From NCBI GenBank assembly GCA_963843575.1, contig CAWJKZ010000010.1, positions 320,001-384,000 on the forward strand: 64,000 nucleotides of DNA, in the 5' to 3' direction. The DNA comes from an uncultured Acidobacteriota bacterium (GTDB taxonomy: Bacteria > Acidobacteriota > UBA6911). A program made the translations under genes and the position numbers. Shown here in pieces: positions 60,408 to 64,000 of the stretch; the stretch's first letter is position 1, and every line of letters starts with the position of its first letter. The notes beneath the pieces are model-generated. The model was not told the origin of the DNA. It worked only from the letters and a program-made list of their open reading frames with translations, and did no database searches.

Positions 60408-62266
60408 TTGGGAGCCAGTACAAAATCCCGGCCCGCGCATCTGGAGTTCACCGCGGCGCCCCCGGCGGCCCGCCGCGCCTTCCGGGGCATCCTGATCGGA
60501 ATCGCGGCGATTTACCTGCTCGGGTTTGGGGCGGAGCCGATCAGCACCATGGACGACCAGGTGATGCTGGCCGCGGCGATGAATTTCGTCCAGACCGGCA
60601 AACTTACGCTCCCCGATCGGTTCGCCGAAGCGGCTCCCGGGCGCGCTCTTTTCGGGCGCACGACCCCCACAGGGGAGGTCTACGTCAAGTACCCGCCGGG
60701 GTACCCTCTCGTCCTCGCTTTCTTCCTGCTGCCGGCCAAGGCTGCCGGTCTCGCTTGGGGAGGTGTTGCGGCCGACCTGGTCCTGTGCTTGCCCTCGATG
60801 CTGGCCCTGCTGGCCGCTACGGTCCTGGTGTGGCGCGCCTGCATGCGTCTGGGCCTCCCGCCCGCCGCCGCCCACATCGCCGCCGCGGGCATAGCTCTCG
60901 GGAGTTATGCCTGGCCCTACGCGGGTGTCAACTTCGGCGAACCGCTGCAGCTGCTCTGTGTCGCCGCAGCCTTTTACGGCCTTCTGGCCGCGTTCCAGGA
61001 GGAGGCCCGATGGAAATTCTACCTGCTGGGGGCCGGCCTGGCGCTCGGCTACGGCGTCCTGACGAAGTCTTCGCTGGGATTGCTGATGCCTATCTTGGCG
61101 CTTGGCGCCCTCTGGGGATGGTCGACCCGCACCCCTCGTTGAAGGAGGGGCTCGTGCGGTCGGCGCTCTTTGGCCTCCCCTCGATGCTGGCCGGTGCGTA
61201 TCTCCTCGTGGTCAACGCGTTCCTGTTCGGCGACGCCAAGGATTTCGGGTACACGGGTGAAGCGTTCCGGGCCTCCGCCCTCGCGGGACTCCGGGAGTTG
61301 ATCGTCGGCTGGGACAAGGGGATACTCTGGTTTGCCCCCCTGGTCGCGCTCGTGCCGGTGGGCGCCTGGAAGCTGCGGAGGAATCCGTGTCGTTGGGCCG
61401 CCCCGACTCTGCTCGCCTGTTGCGCGGCATACACGGTGTTGATCGCGTGCTGGTGGGCCTATCGCGGCGGAAATTGCTGGGGACCGCGCCTCCTCCTGCC
61501 CGTACTCCCCCTTTTGATGATTCTCGCCGTGGCGGCCGTGGACTCCGTGAGGTGGCGCTGGGCCGGGATCGGCCTGGTTGCGCTCGGCCTTGCGGTAAAC
61601 CTTCTCGGGGTCGTCGTCAACTACCAGTCCTACTACATCGCGGTGCGTCTGGCACCGGGGAAGCCCGACTGGAAGGATCCTGCCTACGCGCAAATACCCG
61701 GCCACTTCTGGCTCGCCCGTGTGCAACTGGCGAAGCAGTCCCTCAGCCAGCCTGAGGAGAGCGTGCCCCTTTGGAGCGCGCCGCCGTGGATTGCCGGCAA
61801 CCCCGAGGGCAAGCCCGGGCCCTACTCGCGGTACGACGAGCCCGTCTTGAACCCGTGGCCGCTCCGGGTCGCCCTCGGCAAACCCTGGCTCCGCCGCGCA
61901 GACCTCTGGTACCTGCGCAGCCTCATGGAGGTGGCCATCACGAGGTACCAGAACGGCGATCTTCCCGGCGCGCTGCGGCTCATGCAGGAAGGGCTCGACA
62001 TCGAGCCGTCATATGCGCCGATGGTCGCGGCCGAAGGGATGGTATATTACAGCTCCCGCGATTTCGGCCGTGCCTTGGGCCGCTTCGACCGCGCTCTGGC
62101 GCTCGATCCGGCCTACGAGTTGGCGTGGTACGGCCGGGGACTCGCCCTGGAGTCGCTGGGAAATCCGAAGGAGGCGGCGTTGTCCTACCGGAGACTGCTG
62201 CAGGTAGGCCTGCGCAGCCTGAGCCGCAAGGAAATCGAGGAGCGGCTGGCACGGCTGGCCGAGTGA
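60408..62266 (+). CDS. GT-C-like polytopic membrane protein with C-terminal TPRs (frameshift near 61135; start uncertain)
   Basis: DDQVM, KYPPG, FGEP, KGILWFAP, WGPRLLLPVLP, then TPR-like ALGRFDRALALDPAYELAWYGRGLALESLG. Confidence 0.7.
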
Positions 62267-62271
62267 CGACG

Positions 62272-63312
62272 ATGCCTGCAGCTGAATCGATCTCCCCGTC
62301 GGTCCGCATCTCGGTCGTGATCCCTTTCCGCGACGCCTCGGCTCACCTGCACGACTGTCTCGCCGCGTTGCGCGGCTCGGACAGGCTGCCCTATGAACTG
62401 ATACTGGTCGATGACGGCTCGCACGACGGTTCCCACGCCATGGCCCGCCTCTCGGGAGCGAAGGTCGTCACGCTGCCGGAATCGCGCGGGCCCGCCTTTG
62501 CCCGCAACCGGGGGGCTGAGCAGGCTTCGGGCGACGTGTTGGTTTTCATCGACGCGGACGTGCTGTGCCACCGCGACACGCTGTCGAAGATTGCCGATGC
62601 ATTCTCGCGCGATCCGGGGCTGAGTGCCGTGATCGGCTCCTACGACGAGAGCCCTCCCGCAAACAACTTCCTGTCCCGGTACAAGAACCTGACGCACCAC
62701 TACGTCCACCAGCACGGCCTGTCCGAGGCATCCACCTTCTGGACGGGCTGCGGCGCCGTGCGCCGCTCGGTGTTCCGGGAATTGGGCGGGTTCGACGAGA
62801 CCTACAGGCGGCCGAGCATCGAGGACATCGAACTCGGTTACCGCATGCGCGCCGCCGGCCGCAGGATCGCGCTGCGCAAGGACCTGCTGGTGCGCCACGC
62901 GAAGGTGTGGACCCTCGGCAGCCTGCTTCGGAGCGACGTGCTCGACCGGGCGATTCCATGGACCGCGCTGCAGTTGGAGTACGGCTCCATCCTCAACGAC
63001 CTCAACGTCACCGTTCCCCAGCGGGTCGCCGCGCTGCTGGCGTGGGTCCTCATCGCCGGGGCGGCTGGGGGCTTTGTCTGGCCTCCCCTGTGGCTGGCCG
63101 CGTGTGCAGGCGCAGCGGGCCTGATCTTGATCAACCACGGCCTGTACCGCTTCTATCTGCGCAGTGGCGGCTGGCCATTTGCGCTTGGCTGCGCTGGCAT
63201 GCACGTCATGTATTACCTCTACAGCACCGCCGCCTTTTGCGCCGGGTGCGCGCTCCGCGGGCGCCGCGGAACAGTCCCGGCGGCGAGCGCCCGCGCGAGG
63301 CACTCCGCTTGA
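62272..63312 (+). CDS. GT2 glycosyltransferase with C-terminal TM region
   Basis: ISVVIP, VDDGSHDG, GPAFARNRG, FIDAD, GGFDE, IEDIELGYR. Confidence 0.9.
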   Translation: MPAAESISPSVRISVVIPFRDASAHLHDCLAALRGSDRLPYELILVDDGSHDGSHAMARLSGAKVVTLPESRGPAFARNRGAEQASGDVLVFIDADVLCHRDTLSKIADAFSRDPGLSAVIGSYDESPPANNFLSRYKNLTHHYVHQHGLSEASTFWTGCGAVRRSVFRELGGFDETYRRPSIEDIELGYRMRAAGRRIALRKDLLVRHAKVWTLGSLLRSDVLDRAIPWTALQLEYGSILNDLNVTVPQRVAALLAWVLIAGAAGGFVWPPLWLAACAGAAGLILINHGLYRFYLRSGGWPFALGCAGMHVMYYLYSTAAFCAGCALRGRRGTVPAASARARHSA

Positions 63313-63314
63313 CC

Positions 63315-64000
63315 ATGTCAGCGCCGCAACCCCCGCGACACGTCGTGATTGCCGGGGCCGGCCCGGCCGGCCTGACTGCCGCATTCGAGCTCGTTCGCCG
63401 CGGCCTGAGGCCGGTAGTCCTGGAAATGGACGGCATCGTGGGGGGCCTCGCCCGCACAAACCAGCATTCCGGGTACCGCTTCGACCTGGGGGGGCACCGT
63501 TTCTTCACCCGGATCGAACGTGTCAACCGGATTTGGGAGGATCTGCTGGGCGAACGGTTTCTGCGTGTCCGACGGCTCTCCCGCATTTACTACCGCGGCC
63601 GGTTTTTCGACTACCCCCTCCGGATGGGCAACGTGCTGCGCGGCCTGGGCCCGCTGGAGAGCCTGCTCATCGCGGCAAGTTTCCTGCGCTCCGTGGCCGC
63701 GCCGAGCGCGCGTGAGGACAACCTCGAAGACTGGGTGAGCAACCGTTTCGGCAAACGGCTGTACCAGGCTTTCTTCAAGAGCTACACCGAAAAGGTCTGG
63801 GGTATGCCCTGCAGCCGCATCCCGGCCGAATGGGCCGCCCAGCGCATAAAAGGGCTTTCGCTGCGCACCGCGCTCCTCAACGCCATGTTCGGCAACAGGC
63901 GTAACAAGATCAAGTCGCTGATCGAAGAGTTCCGCTACCCCGAACTGGGGCCCGGCATGATGTGGGAAGCCATGCGCGACGACATCGTGCGCGGCGGCGG
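63315..64000 (+). CDS. FAD-dependent oxidoreductase (PPO/UDP-galactopyranose mutase-like), 5' part
   Basis: MSAPQPPRHVVIAGAGPAGLTAA, VGGLART, FDLGGHRFF, YTEKVWG, WAAQRI, FRYPELGPGMMWE; runs off the window end. Confidence 0.85.
   Translation, partial: MSAPQPPRHVVIAGAGPAGLTAAFELVRRGLRPVVLEMDGIVGGLARTNQHSGYRFDLGGHRFFTRIERVNRIWEDLLGERFLRVRRLSRIYYRGRFFDYPLRMGNVLRGLGPLESLLIAASFLRSVAAPSAREDNLEDWVSNRFGKRLYQAFFKSYTEKVWGMPCSRIPAEWAAQRIKGLSLRTALLNAMFGNRRNKIKSLIEEFRYPELGPGMMWEAMRDDIVRGG

Overview
GC-rich bacterial chromosomal window, most consistent with Acidobacteriota (Oar-type TonB-dependent receptor, small Fis-like protein, SpoIVB-S55/beta-propeller pair, LysR divergent from leuA); the taxonomy is inference only. 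Housekeeping genes (tRNA-Gly, cysS, groES-groL with a CIRCE operator, purC, cvpA, smc, mobA, a pseudouridine synthase, a PPIase, leuA) alternate with accessory genes for exported, carbohydrate-active and envelope-glycosylation proteins. Many genes contain single-base frame changes, concentrated in smc and the GH3 gene, which most likely reflect uncorrected long-read errors. No CRISPR array, integrase or transposase is visible. The most notable items are: (1) a DUF2760 + two atypical Hsp70 operon beside tRNA-Gly; (2) an ECF sigma / zinc anti-sigma pair whose anti-sigma ends in a TonB-C-like domain; (3) a SpoIVB S55 protease coupled to a secreted beta-propeller protein; (4) a 13-heme cytochrome c fused to cytochrome b (CbcL-like); (5) an incomplete nuoA-C-G-H cluster; (6) two families of non-coding miniature elements, one always just 3' of genes for exported proteins and one joined to REP-like hairpin arms; (7) several deletion scars leaving only 3' gene fragments; (8) a deacetylase-GH3 fusion.
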